Source: Craspedostauros australis (lineage: Eukaryota). Taken from it: a DNA stretch of 64,000 nt. Shown here in pieces: positions 36,431-48,809 of the stretch. Every line of letters begins with the position of its first letter. The first letter of the stretch is position 1. Made by a program: the position numbers and the translations under genes. The notes beneath the pieces were generated by a model, which worked only from the letters and a program-made list of their open reading frames with translations, ran no database searches and was not told the DNA's origin. The stretch covers positions 1-64,000 of the forward strand of contig JALAGF010004075.1 in the NCBI GenBank assembly GCA_030167865.1, given 5' to 3'.

Positions 36431-37221
36431 GGTCAACAACGGTGTTTGTGCAGGGTTGCTACTTTGGTGTTGATGATGGCCTGTTGGCGTTGGTGCTGTT
36501 GGCGTTACCGTTCCTGTTGCTCCTTGCGCCTTCTTGCTCCTTCCGGTGTTACTGCTGTTCAAACGCTAACGATGACGCGTTTCGTGTTGCGCTGCACCAA
36601 ACAACAAGCACGCAACAGCAACAGCAACAGCAACAGCAGCATCAACAGTAACAACACGAACAAAGGCTGCAACGATGATGACGACGGCGTCTGTGTGTGG
36701 GCGCACGACCACCCACGCTGATCACACACGCAGCAGAGTTTTGTGGTTGGGCGCTGAAGGAAATCCGTAGGTACTTACTTAGTCCGTAATTTCGACACGA
36801 GCTCTACGTGGGCAGCATGAGAGGTCCGATCAGGAAGACCGGCACCCTCAACTCAGAAACACGCGATCCTGTTTGTAGTTCCCTTTCTTGCTTTGGCACA
36901 CGATCAACACGTGTCGCGTCAGTTGTTGTTTTGGTGATGGCTTCGGGTCATTGACACCACCAACCACCAAGAACTACCCAGATCTGCTTCGGGTATTGTT
37001 TGATGGAAATGGAGGATCATCGTCATCGCTAAAGATGGATGTGGCGCCTCCTCTTGCAATGCAACACACGACAGAATCGCCTTGGACAACTCTGCCCTAC
37101 TCTGTTTGCATTTGAACAAGTAGAATTGCGACATGTTGTAGGTACTCTACTCCTGTGGCACCAATCTACAAGTATGCTCGAGAGTCACTGCTGGAAACTC
37201 CGGGGTGTTTCTGGTCGCTGA

Positions 37222-38424
37222 TCATTGCTTGCCATGCGCCCCGGCGAGGTTGCTGTTCAATGATCCACCCCCGCGGAATGCAGCCGCTGTCTCGTTGACG
37301 CAGGCATCCTTCTGCTCTCTCGTCCATGATGCCACCATGTCTTCGATGTCCTGCTTCACCTGGACCTTCATTTTGTTCACATCGCCATCCCACTGTTTGA
37401 TTTTAGAGCAGATAATTGGTTGTCGTATGGTTGGGCAGTAGCAGCGTAGCATATGTAATTCAGCGAGTGTCAGAATGCGATCGAGTACAATTGAAATGGG
37501 CTCCATTAACGCCACAATACGGCATAATCAGTATCAGCATCTAGCAATGAACCTCGGAGGAGGTCAAAGGGCAGGTATGTAAAGGCGTGGCAGAATAGAG
37601 TACGGGCATTGCGCGTATCACATCATAGATATTGCCGATGTCCGGTTGCTCGTGAAGACGTGGCATGCATCACATTCAACAGGTCGTACACGCTTGCCTG
37701 GCGTGCTACCAACTGCGTCCCAGCGGATCCAATCAGTTCACGCGATCATACGAGAGTGCCATATTCTCCCCACGAGTTCTGTGCTCACCTTGTAGAACTC
37801 CAACGTCTTCTTCTCCAGCAACAGAGAGCTCATCTTCTTGCCGATCATTCTACCGCCAGCGGTGTGCGCAAAGTAATGATTGTAGAAATGGCACATGAAT
37901 TGTGGGATCGTGTCAGCATAGCTCAGCTTCTCGATGACAGCCGCGTACTCCTTTCCAGGCGTGCCAACTTCCGGTCGCTCAAGTCCGTACTCCGCAGTCA
38001 TGAAGTCGATATCCTGTTCCAGCCTGTCCACGCGCTCCAATCCGGTGTTGCGGAACACAGCAAGGCCTTCCAGCTCGTTCACCGCAATCTCTAGCTGCCG
38101 GTACACGTGCTGGCTGTCCACGAGGAATCGCAGGTAATCGTCATGTGTCGTCGTGTGCGGCTCGCGTTCGACGGTGGCGGCCTTGCCTTCCTGCGGGGCC
38201 TGCTCTCGCGTGTGCAGCTTCATGGCGGCGTCACGCAATTCGGTTCCGATAAAATTGTTGCTTGTTGTGGCAGTTGGTGCCGAGAAGAGCATCGTCTTTT
38301 GGGAGACGAATGCCGCAGGCGGTGTCGTTGTTGAGACGAATGCCTGTGCCTGTGGAACGCAGGCAGCCACCGCGAGGGCGGCCATCATGAACGCCGTCAT
38401 CGTCTCCGTGCGTTGAATCATCAT
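37222..38424 (-). CDS. Plastid-type (plant HO1-like) heme oxygenase; exons 38424..37789, 37392..37222
   Basis: ELRDAAMKLHTREQA (heme-ligand His), FLVDS, TGLER, CHFYNHYFAHTAGGRMIG and LEFYK-W across intron 37788..37393. Signal peptide ends in AQA/F. Confidence 0.93.
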
Positions 38425-39187
38425 TGTGAGGGAACTTGCTGAAAAGCCTCTTCTCTATTGGTGAACTGTTCTTGTCGCCTGTCGCTCTCTTGCAGAATGC
38501 CTCTCCACGCGTTTTCTATTGATATTGCTTTCGCTGCTCGTTCTGATCGTATGTATAATACAGTATTGGAATTGTGTGCGACGCTATCCGCTTGTCTCTT
38601 TTGTGGTATGCATGTATCCTGCTTGTGCTCGTCTGCTATGCTCTACTCTGCGGCTATTTGTGCTCTGGATTGCTTCTTGTGTCCGTCTCTGTTGGTCTGG
38701 TTTGGTTTTGTGACATGCGCGGAACGTGGTGTGCGTGTGTTTGTGCCGCGCAATGATGCATGTCAGCGAGAAGGAGGAAATTGCCACGGTGAGTTGCGAT
38801 GAGCAAGTGAGCGGGTGAGTGAGTGAGCGAGTGATGACGTTTGACGTGTTTTGGTTAGCGTGCCGTGTTGTTCTTTGCGAAGAACGCCAATCATCATCTT
38901 CAACTTCATCCCATCCAAGAGTCCCCAACTCGTGACTTGGAGGAATGAAGAATGTGGGTGTGGTCACATGGGTCATTCGAATGTGACTGAAAATTCGTGA
39001 TTGATTTGGCGAATTCTTTGGGAGCCCAACATGACACCTCGTTGTCCCTCGTTGTCCAAACCGCACAACAAGAAGCGTTGCAGCCATGTCCTGTTTCCGC
39101 TTCCTCTCTCCCCATTCCCTCTCCTTGACACCAGATCTTGTCAATCTCCCCATCCAACAGAATTCACAACAACACAGGAGCATCACC

Positions 39188-41679
39188 ATGACAGACTTTC
39201 AGGACCGGTTCTTCCAGCATGTGGACGACAACACGAGGCTTTACGTCGATAGACTCGCGGAGGCCGTTGCGTGAGTTTGGCCGTTGCGACTTTCATGCTG
39301 ACCCCGACGGCCTCCACTTCCCAATTGCCACCTTCACTCCTGCCTATTGGTGTGCATGCGCACACCACGGTTGTTTGAATTCAACGCCCCGCATCTTTCT
39401 TGCATCTTGTTCAATCTCTCACGCTCCACTTTGTTAGTCGCGTGCCTTCGACGGCAACGTCAACGTCCTTGTCAATGTCCATGTCAATTCCTACGATCCG
39501 CGCGGTGCAGCATCCCGTCGATTTCCTCAGATCTGGATGCACACCTCGAAGATATCAACAAGATGATTGACTGGACGAAGGATCACATAGAGAGACTCGG
39601 AGGCAACGCGAGGGTGATGGACAACCCTGTCGCGACCGCTGAAAGGCCACTGCCACCCATCCTGCTCGGTGATTTCATCGTGGACCCAGAGAAGAAAACT
39701 GTTTGCGTGTACGGTCATCTGGATGTGCAACCAGCGGCCAAGGAGGATGGCTGGGACACGGATCCGTTCACCTTGACGGAGAAGGATGGGAAACTCTTCG
39801 GACGTGGCAGCACCGATGACAAAGGGCCCGCGTTGTCCTGGCTGTGGATCGTCGAGGCGCATCAGCAGCTGGGTGTGGAACTGCCGGTCAACATCAAGAT
39901 CATGTACGAAGGCATGGAGGAATCCAGCAGCGACGGGCTCTTCGAGACCATCGTTGAAGAAAGCAAGGAAGGCAAGTTCCTCAACGATGTCGACTTCTTC
40001 TGCATCAGTGACAATTACTGGCTTGGTAAGGCCAAGCCATGTCTCACGTACGGACTGCGGGGCCTCGCGTACTTTCAGGTCGAAGTGCAGGGCTCCGAGC
40101 AAGATTTGCATTCCGGGGTGCTGGGTGGTACCGTGCACGAGGCGATGACTGATTTGGTGCGCATCATGGGCAATCTCGTCGACTCCAAGGGCAACATTCT
40201 GGTCGACGGCATCATGGACAGCGTCAAACCCGTCACGCAAGAGGAAACCAAGATGTATGATACCATCGACTTCGACATGGAGGAGTACAAGAAGGAGAAC
40301 AAGATCATCGGGGATAAGCTTCTTCACGACGACCGCACGAGGTTGCTGATGGGACGATGGCGATACCCAACGCTCTCGCTGCACGGCATCGAGGGCGCAT
40401 TCAGCGGCAAGGGTGCCAAGACTGTCATACCGGCCAAGGTTCTCGGGAAGTTCTCACTCCGACTGGTTCCGGATCAAAAGCCGAAAGAGATTGAAAGACT
40501 TGTCGCCGAACATATCAAGAGGGATTTTGCATCGGTGAGTTCAAAAATACTCATTCGTTCTCATTTGGCTCTTGCTGGCTAGCTTTGCGTCGTCGCACTC
40601 TCACATCGGATATCCGCCGTTTGCCTCGATGTTGACGCCAACCAAAACTCTGCTCGGAATACCGACCTACATTTTGCCAATGGTCCAATGTTTCCTTTGC
40701 GTCTAACATACCTGTGCGACCACAGCTTGGTTCGCCAAACAAGCTGAAAGTCGAAATGATCTCTGGCGCCGTGTCATGGCTGGCCGATCCGAAGCACCCC
40801 AACTACGAGGCTGCGTCTGCAGCCATCGAGAAAGTGTACGGCCAGAAGCCGGACTTCACAAGAGAAGGTGGATCAATCCCCATCACATCAGCCAGTAAGT
40901 TGACTCATTCATGGATCAATCCATGCAATGCATCCGATGTTCGAGCATTATCCAATTATCCAATGACGAGAGTGACCTCTTTGTGAGGCGATCATGAGCA
41001 TGTCGTGATTCTCCCAAGATAAGAAACTGCCGTGGACATGCCATCCGCCAAGCCAAAGCTGGTGTCGCCCGTCAATTCACCAACTTGCTCTCTCTCTCTC
41101 TCCCCCTCTCTGATGCTTCGTCTTCTGTGTAACTCATTTCAATCCAATCCAATCAACCCGAAATCATAACACACATGTCAATTTCATTCACTTCTTCAAT
41201 TTCGCCAACTTCCAGTCGAGGATGCAACAGGGATGAATGTCCTCCTCCTGCCCATTGGAGCTTGCGACGACATGGCGCATTCTCAGAACGAAAAGTTCAA
41301 CGTCAGCAACTTGGTCAATGGAACCAAGGTACGTACGAATCAACCCTGACGACAAGTTATGGACGCATGCACGATGCGTGGATGCACAGACTGATGGAAT
41401 GACCATTTTCTGGCCCATCCGAATACTCTTCCAGCGATGCCAACCATCTGGCTGGCATTGTCATGGCATCAACACCACCGTCTGACCCAATCCTGCTGTT
41501 TCATGTTCGCTTTTTCTGTGCAATTATCAAACGAGCAGGTGCTCGGCCTGTACCTGCACGAGTTGGGCAAGATCAAAGGCCCCAAGCCATCGTCATGCCG
41601 CTGTCTGCCGTTGACAGACGAAGAGTTGATGGTCCCCGGCGCATTCCTCAAAGGCTTCCGTTGCAAATGCGAGATTTAG
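39188..41679 (+). CDS. M20 cytosolic dipeptidase (DUG1/CNDP2-like); exons 39188..39270, 39511..40534, 40726..40894, 41216..41328, 41539..41679
   Basis: LAEAVA-IPSIS, YGHLDVQPA, GRGSTDDKGP, EGMEES, CISDNYW, DLHSG, REGGSIP and AHSQNEK. Four frame-consistent GT-AG introns. Confidence 0.93.
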
Positions 41680-42460
41680 GGTGTGGAAGCACACTGACAA
41701 AGCCATGTGCCTAAAGCAAATATATGTGTCATGTACCTTTAAAATCTTGCATCCTGCACATGCTGAGATCAATTCACTTTGTTGCTTTACTCGTACTCAT
41801 GTAGAGGACGATCACTGCGAGCTACCCTGTTCTGCGAGTATCCGCGCAGTGGCGAGAACGACAGAGTCCCAACGAAACATTCGGATTCTCCAGGATTCAA
41901 TTGATGCTGGTATTACCCCTTGTGTAAACACGATGGTCAAAATTGATGTGTGCAGATGGAGCACACGATCACGATTTTCACGTATGGATAGCACTAAAAT
42001 AGGCACTATTTATACATACATTTAGACTGTTTGTGATACTACCATTCTACCAAAACCCTACAACATGATTGCATCCAAGAAACAGTTGCGGATGATGGCC
42101 AGAAATCCAAACTGGTGCGAAGCGCACAGTGCCCCACGAGCAATCGTGCACAAGAAAAGCCACAGCCGGAACCTACCTTGTGCTGTGCTGCCCCTGCCCC
42201 CGCCATCTGGTACTGTTGCTTCGTTGTGAGGATCAAACAATCTTCGGCCTTGCCTCTGGTCAACAGTCACGCTGAACACATTGGACACACTGTCAAACCC
42301 ATACCTCCACCAGCACTTCTGCATTGACGAAGACGGGAGGCCCTCACGCTCGTGCTTCGTTGGAGGTGACCAGTGTCTCGCGAGACGTGGCTTTCCCAAG
42401 TTCTGCATTAACGGTTTTGCTGTTCCGCTCGTATGACAGGATAAGCGCAAAGGAAGACGG

Positions 42461-45400
42461 ATGCAGTGGCTCAACAGCTTGGACAGGGTGTTGAATCAAC
42501 CATCACAAGACGTGTACACCAGTGGTGATGATGATGATGGTGACGATGACAAGTCTCTGATCGATGATGCACTGCTGAGAGGAGAAGCTGATGATGACCA
42601 TGACCATGGCCACTACAACGACAACGACAACGAAGATGAAGATCACAAAGTTGAAAATGACGAAGGTGACAAGCACAACACCAGCGGCATCGATGGCGGC
42701 GACATCGATGACCCTCATGAGAATGACCAGCAGCGTGATTCATCACAAGAGCAAGTCGGGAGACCGACTGGGCAACGCAACTCTATGAGCACGGACAGCA
42801 CCGCTCATACCACGAACAGAACGAATGCGAAGACCGACGAATCAAATGATGACAGAGGTGACGATACCTCGTGGACCAACTCCGAGCATCCCACTGCTCC
42901 GCCATCTGAACCATGTCATTCCACCAGAAGCGTTATCTTAGAAACCGACTTTCCCGCCACTGATGTCGAGATCTCTACTCCCACCGCGAGCAACACATAC
43001 ATCAACGCAAGCGAAGCCCAGGATGACTACTCCGATGTCGAGGTCGACTTTCCCATCGGTGCATGGAAAGGGGTCATAGATGTCGATGTCGGCGTCGGCA
43101 TCGATGCAGATGCAGATGCAATCACTTCCATGAAAAAAGGAGCGCAGGCAGATTCGAGGGGTCAAGCAGCCGCACACTGTAGATCAACACCTGCAGCTCC
43201 TGCTGTGGCCAGCACTGCTGCGGCGGAAACTTCCCTGAACGCTCACGGTGTCATCCATGTTCGTCTTCTCAGAGCACGGCGTCTTCCGTGCCCCGTGGGT
43301 TCCACCTTGAAGGCAGCAGTTTCTCTGCCGCCATGGAAGGGCAAAGTTCGGACGGAACAGGCTGAGACCGCACGCGGCCCCGAGTCTACCGGCGTGTACG
43401 CGCGATGGGATCAGCTGTCAGATGCAGGCCTGTGCTCGATGGTGAATGAATGGAATGGCCCGAAGTCGCCGATGCCATCGATACGGATCGAATTGATCTG
43501 CAGCCCGCTGGGAATGGGCGTGGTGATGATGTCCATCGGTTCCTGCACCGTGTCGTGCGATCCCCTATTCCAGTCACCATGCGAGTGGCACAGCCAATGG
43601 TGCTACATCGAACCGATCGGGTTGGCGATGACGCCGGGGAGCAACGACAGCAAAAGTGATTCGACTCCGATCTTGCATATGGAGGCGATGTTTGAACCTG
43701 GCGAGCTCAACGCATCACGCCATCGCAACTACACGATCAGCGACACGGAGAGCCAAGGTTCGACGTCCTTCGTGGACTTCAAAGATTCCACGACATCAGT
43801 GAGATCGGGAAACACCCGGGCATCGCAAACGCTGCAACTGCCACCTAAGATCCACATGACGAGAGTTCGAAACGCGTGGGTCCCCGCACAGTGTTCCGTA
43901 TGCGAACGGTACTGCGTCGGACGCGCCAGCATCAACGAATGCGAGAACTGCAAGCTGCGATGCTGCATGGATTGCCGACTTAACTTCGACCTCAAGATCC
44001 CGTGCGGTTCAGAGCTAGCGCGCTCCGTACTCGAAAAGTCCGCGCGGTCTCAACTCACCATGGAGAAGATCATGTCGATCGTTGCACCGGTGGAGAGGGA
44101 CGACAAGTCTGCCGGTACCGCCAATGCGGCGGAGAGCGACAGAGGCGTTGATGTTACCGATGACGGCGTTGGCAAATCCAATGTTCGGTCGTTGGACCAG
44201 AGCGAAATTGATCCTCTGAATCGGACGGTCGGCGTGCTGAAGCTTGAGATCTTGGATGGATGCGTCTTCGCAAGTCCATACGAGCCCGATACATCGATCG
44301 ATGATATCGTGCAAAACAGGAAGGCCAAGGACTGCGTCGTTGGTGACTACTACGTCCGAATAAAAACGTCAACGCAAGGGAACACAATCATGCGAACGAA
44401 GACGATCCAGCAAACGTCGAGCTTGTTCTTCGGCACCGGGCAGATCTGTCTGGATGTTGAACATCACTTCATGGAGTACAAGTTGGAAATCATCGACGCC
44501 TTGACAGACAAACCCCTTGCGTGCGCACTGCTGACCGCGTCTGGAATCCTCCAACAGCAGCGTGATCTGATGCTCTCAAAACGGACACCAAGAATACTGG
44601 ATTTTGTTCGTGGTTCGCCTGTCTACAAAAACAGACAAAAGGTGCACATCCCATTGCGACGGAAAGTGAAGGGCGGATTCCATGAGGACTTCTTCCCACA
44701 GAGTCGCCACATGAAGACGTCGAAGCCGAAAGATAGCAGCTCGCCACCACCTGGGGAAGGTAAGGAATGCCATACGATCATCACGTACTCTGCTCGGCGC
44801 ACATGTTCGCATCATGATATGTTATACGTCTTATTGTATGGTATGTTGCTGCAATGACCAGCCCACGCGCCACCAGCTATATCTCATCACACATCAAATT
44901 CTCATCTACACTTCATCGTTCATCAATTTCAAGGTGAAATCATGGGCTGGATCGAGGCATCGATTGGCCTTGAAGAGTACTTTGATCGCTTCTACTGCCG
45001 ATCAAACCCGCTGGAGTGCCCACCGAGGCCGCAGCCAACGGTTTCGTTATCCAACTTCCAGCTTCAGATCGCCCGCGTCAAGTCTCTCATCCAGGACATC
45101 AAATCCATTGTCGCTGATTACCGCTACGTGGTAACTTGGCAAGATCCGATGCTTTCCTTTGTGATCATGGTCGTGCTTCTTGTATCGTGCCTGTCCTTCA
45201 ACGCGGAGTACGCGCTAAGGTGAGTTTGGAAACTGTGAAGCAGGATCTCATTCCATCGTTGCATCGTTTCTCATTGTTGGCTTTGTGCTCCGGAGTTTGC
45301 GCTTTCTGTGGGACGATTGCAACTCACATCGCACTTATTCGCAACACCGCAGCCTCCCGCTGGGCTTCATCTGCTTGGCACAAATTCGGTTGTCATGGAG

Positions 45401-47751
45401 ACGGTCGAAGCCGAGTATCGCCAATCATTTCATCGAAAAAGAGATCGATCTCGCCAAGAAGGCGATGGGCCCCGAGTCGGTCTTTGGCATACACAAGCCT
45501 TTGGGGATGGTGACAGTGAATGAAATACGTGGCAAGAGCTTGGTTTCAAAGGACTATGGCCTCGTTGGCAAAACAACGTGCCACGTGCTCTGGAGACCGG
45601 AGCATACGCCGACCACAACAATCACGATGGCAACGGCAGGCAGGGCGACGGCGACGACAGCAACGGCGCCGAAATCCGACGCAGATGGTAATGATGATCC
45701 AAGCGAGAGGTATGACCAACGTGGCACGGATCGTAACATTGGATTCACCGATGGGATCTTCACTTCCGATCCGGCTTGGGAGCGCCTGCATTATGTCGAC
45801 TCTTCACGAAGACTGTTGCAGCTGTTGGCCCCCATCATCGACGCTGATGACGGACAGAGCAACAAGAAACCGAGCATGCAGTTCCCGGTGGTCCAGTCCA
45901 GCAGACCTGATTCCGACGAGGGACTGAGCGATGATGGCCCAAGCCCAAAGGACAAGCTTCTCCCATGGCATGAATCTTCTGGAGCTGTCGTATTCCGTGT
46001 AATGATACTCGATCTCATGAATCCAGGATCTGAAGATACGCTTGGGGACGTTGTGGTGCCACTCTCTACCCTCGCGAGAGATGGCGCCGTGTCGGGATGG
46101 TTCGATGTGTCCATCGATGGACGAAATCGCCATCGTTCACCTTCATCCAGCGAGGTCGCTGAAGCTAAAGAGTCTGTCAGAGCCAATGCAATTGATGTGC
46201 CTCCGCCACCTCAAATATATGTGTCGCTAGGATGGAAGCCAATTCATGACGCCAATGCTGATAGCAATACTGGAGAGGACTCGGGGCCGTCCATGATGGC
46301 GCGAGAAGCGTCCTATCTTGTCCAAGAAGACATGTCGCGCTTCGTGGCCATCAAGTCACTCGCAAAGAAGGATTTTTGGGGCTCATCGATCGGTGCATTC
46401 AACTCCGCCATGTGTAAGTCCACTCGCACATGAACTGAAAGTCCGATAGAGACATGACACCCATGCCGCCTGCATGCATTCAATTTCATTGATATGGTGC
46501 AATCACTGTGTGCTCATCAGTTCATTTCTGTCTTCTTGTGTTCATTCTTCGTAATTCCCACTGCCATTGTACCATTGGTGCCGTTTCCTTTCCATCACGG
46601 ATGCGACAACAGCCGTCGGGGATACGCTGCAGACCATACAGAATGTCCTCTGCGCCATTCTCAATGCAATCGACGTGTTGAGGAACCTCTTTAACTTCAC
46701 AGTGAGTAGGTACGGGCACGGTTCACCATGATCGCGCTGGTCGAGAGTGTTCGCATTCCTAAATTGAGTACATGGATGTACGAATTCTGAGCCCTCTGTG
46801 GGCGATGATACCCCGCTGCATTCACGCGTGTGTGGTGGGACGATACAGATGATGAACTCACCCATACCATCTGCGACCGCGATGGACGCCCTTGTTTTCC
46901 AAATCACTTTCATCGCTGCCTACCTCTCGCACTCGCTTGCTCTCTCCTCTTTTCTCATTGCCTTCCATCAGGACCCCTTCAAATCATCAATCGTCTTCGC
47001 TTCGACGTTTCTGATTTGGGTTCTGCTCATCTGCGTCCCTTCGAGGTACTTGATCTTGGCGATCGGCATGTCTCAATTCGTCGCCGGGTTCTTCGCTCGG
47101 AGACAGGGGTCGAAGAAGCGGCGAAAGAAATCAGGTGCGAAGAACAAAGCGAACAAGGCAAGCGGGACGATGCACCGACACGTTGGTGACAAGCCAAGAC
47201 CTCCATTCATTGTGGTATGGTTGCGCAACTTCATTCGGACCTTGCCCACCAACGAGGACTTGCGAAAGACATATTTCTGGCAGAGCCGGTTGGCGTCTGC
47301 TCGTTTTATGGAAGAGCACGCGTTTGCGAAACGAACATCGCGGCTCCAAAAGCTGTGGCAGGCTACCTGGTATGGCCAAGCTCGATTGCGAGAGAACAGC
47401 CTCGCGAATGCCGCAATGAAAACGGGCGCTGTTTCGCCAGCGTCGGACATGGCGTGGTTGGATGTATTCGTCGTGCTGCAGGGCCATCGGTTGTTGTGGT
47501 GGTCCGACGCTCGGAGCTTTGATGTTGGTGATACGCCGGTCGGATCGTTATTCCTTGCGGGCCATTCCGGACTGACGAATCCATCTCCGCTGGAACTGCG
47601 GCGGATCCCGAAGGAGGATCTGGATCGCATCGTGTGCATCTTTGGCAAAGGCGAGAAGGAGCAGATCCGCATCACCATCCTGGCTTCGGATGCAGAAGAA
47701 AAGGATGTTTTGGAGAATGCCGTTTTGGAGATTTCATTGAAGAATGACTGA
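42461..47751 (+). CDS. MCTP-like multi-domain membrane protein (C2, C1, C2, TM, C2, TM, PH-like); exons 42461..44759, 44934..45219, 45353..46413, 46613..46701, 46972..47751
   Basis: GVIHVRLLRARRL (C2), Cys-rich C1 finger 43853..44005, GVLKLEIL (C2), YVVTWQDP + TM, LGDVVVPL..GWFDV (C2), LQTIQNVL..RNLFNFT-DPFKS + TM (PRT_C-like), and WLDVFVVLQGHRLLWW..PVGSLFL (PH-like). All four introns are GT-AG and phase-consistent. Confidence 0.8.
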
Positions 47752-48809
47752 GGCTCCAGAGACTCTGTGGCGAATGAGAGGTCCGCCAGGAAGGCACTCT
47801 CTCTCTCTCTCTCTCTTTGCGGTGCTTCAGAACAGTGCTGAAGATGAATGAACATCCTGGCATCGGTGCAAACGAGTATGTATGATAGACAGAAACGAAC
47901 CTAGACATGAATGATAGACGTGGGAAAGACCGAGCACAGGCATGGCGGGAGCCATATAGATCAGGGTAGTAGACTCCTCGTGCTCATGCTAGTATGCTGC
48001 AGTTACGAGGAGGCGTCTGCAGAGTTGTTGTGAGTGTTGTATAGTAGGCCTCCGTACTATGTGCTCGTATGGTAGCGTTGCAGGAGTGTAGAGGTGAGGA
48101 AGGCGTTGACAACTCATGTCCGAACCGAAGACGAACACGGAAGTTGACCTGAATTGGTTCTCATCTTCACACAAAACTCGCGGAGCTGAGCACAACGCCA
48201 ACATTCGATCCGATCCACAATCCGAATCGTAAAACGCAAAGCGCATCATCGGTGAGGCATCAAGAAGGAGGGCATCTATCATCACATCTGCTTCGATCCA
48301 CCAACTCGCTCACCCGCCCATTGATCGTTTCACCCACTGCCCTTGACTGTTGGAGCCCCAACAACAGCAGCATCCGCCTCCTTACCTGACGAGTCTCGAT
48401 GGACTCATTCGGCCAAGTTCACATTGACAAGGTCGTGCTGGCAGTTGGTGCAGGAGCATCACGGGAGCATCGCAGAGCAATAGATTGGGACAGCGGCAGA
48501 GCAGCAGCAGCAGGAGTAACAACAGTAGAAGGGCACTAGGATTAGAGTACACAATCGATCATAGTAGAGCAGAGTGAAGTGCTCTATTCTCTATCCGTGC
48601 TTTACTCCAACAATCCAACGGAAGCAAAACAGGTGAGCGAGACAGCCACAAGAGGGTGGCCATGAGGAAAACGCACCGGTTGCCCTTGACAATGAACATC
48701 AATCAGTCTATCCACCGACCTGGATGCTTGCCTATTGTGTGCGTACATGAGCCTTCGTATCGATCTCTCACCTTCGCCACATCTTTGCCGATCGCCGTGG
48801 CCAGAAAGT

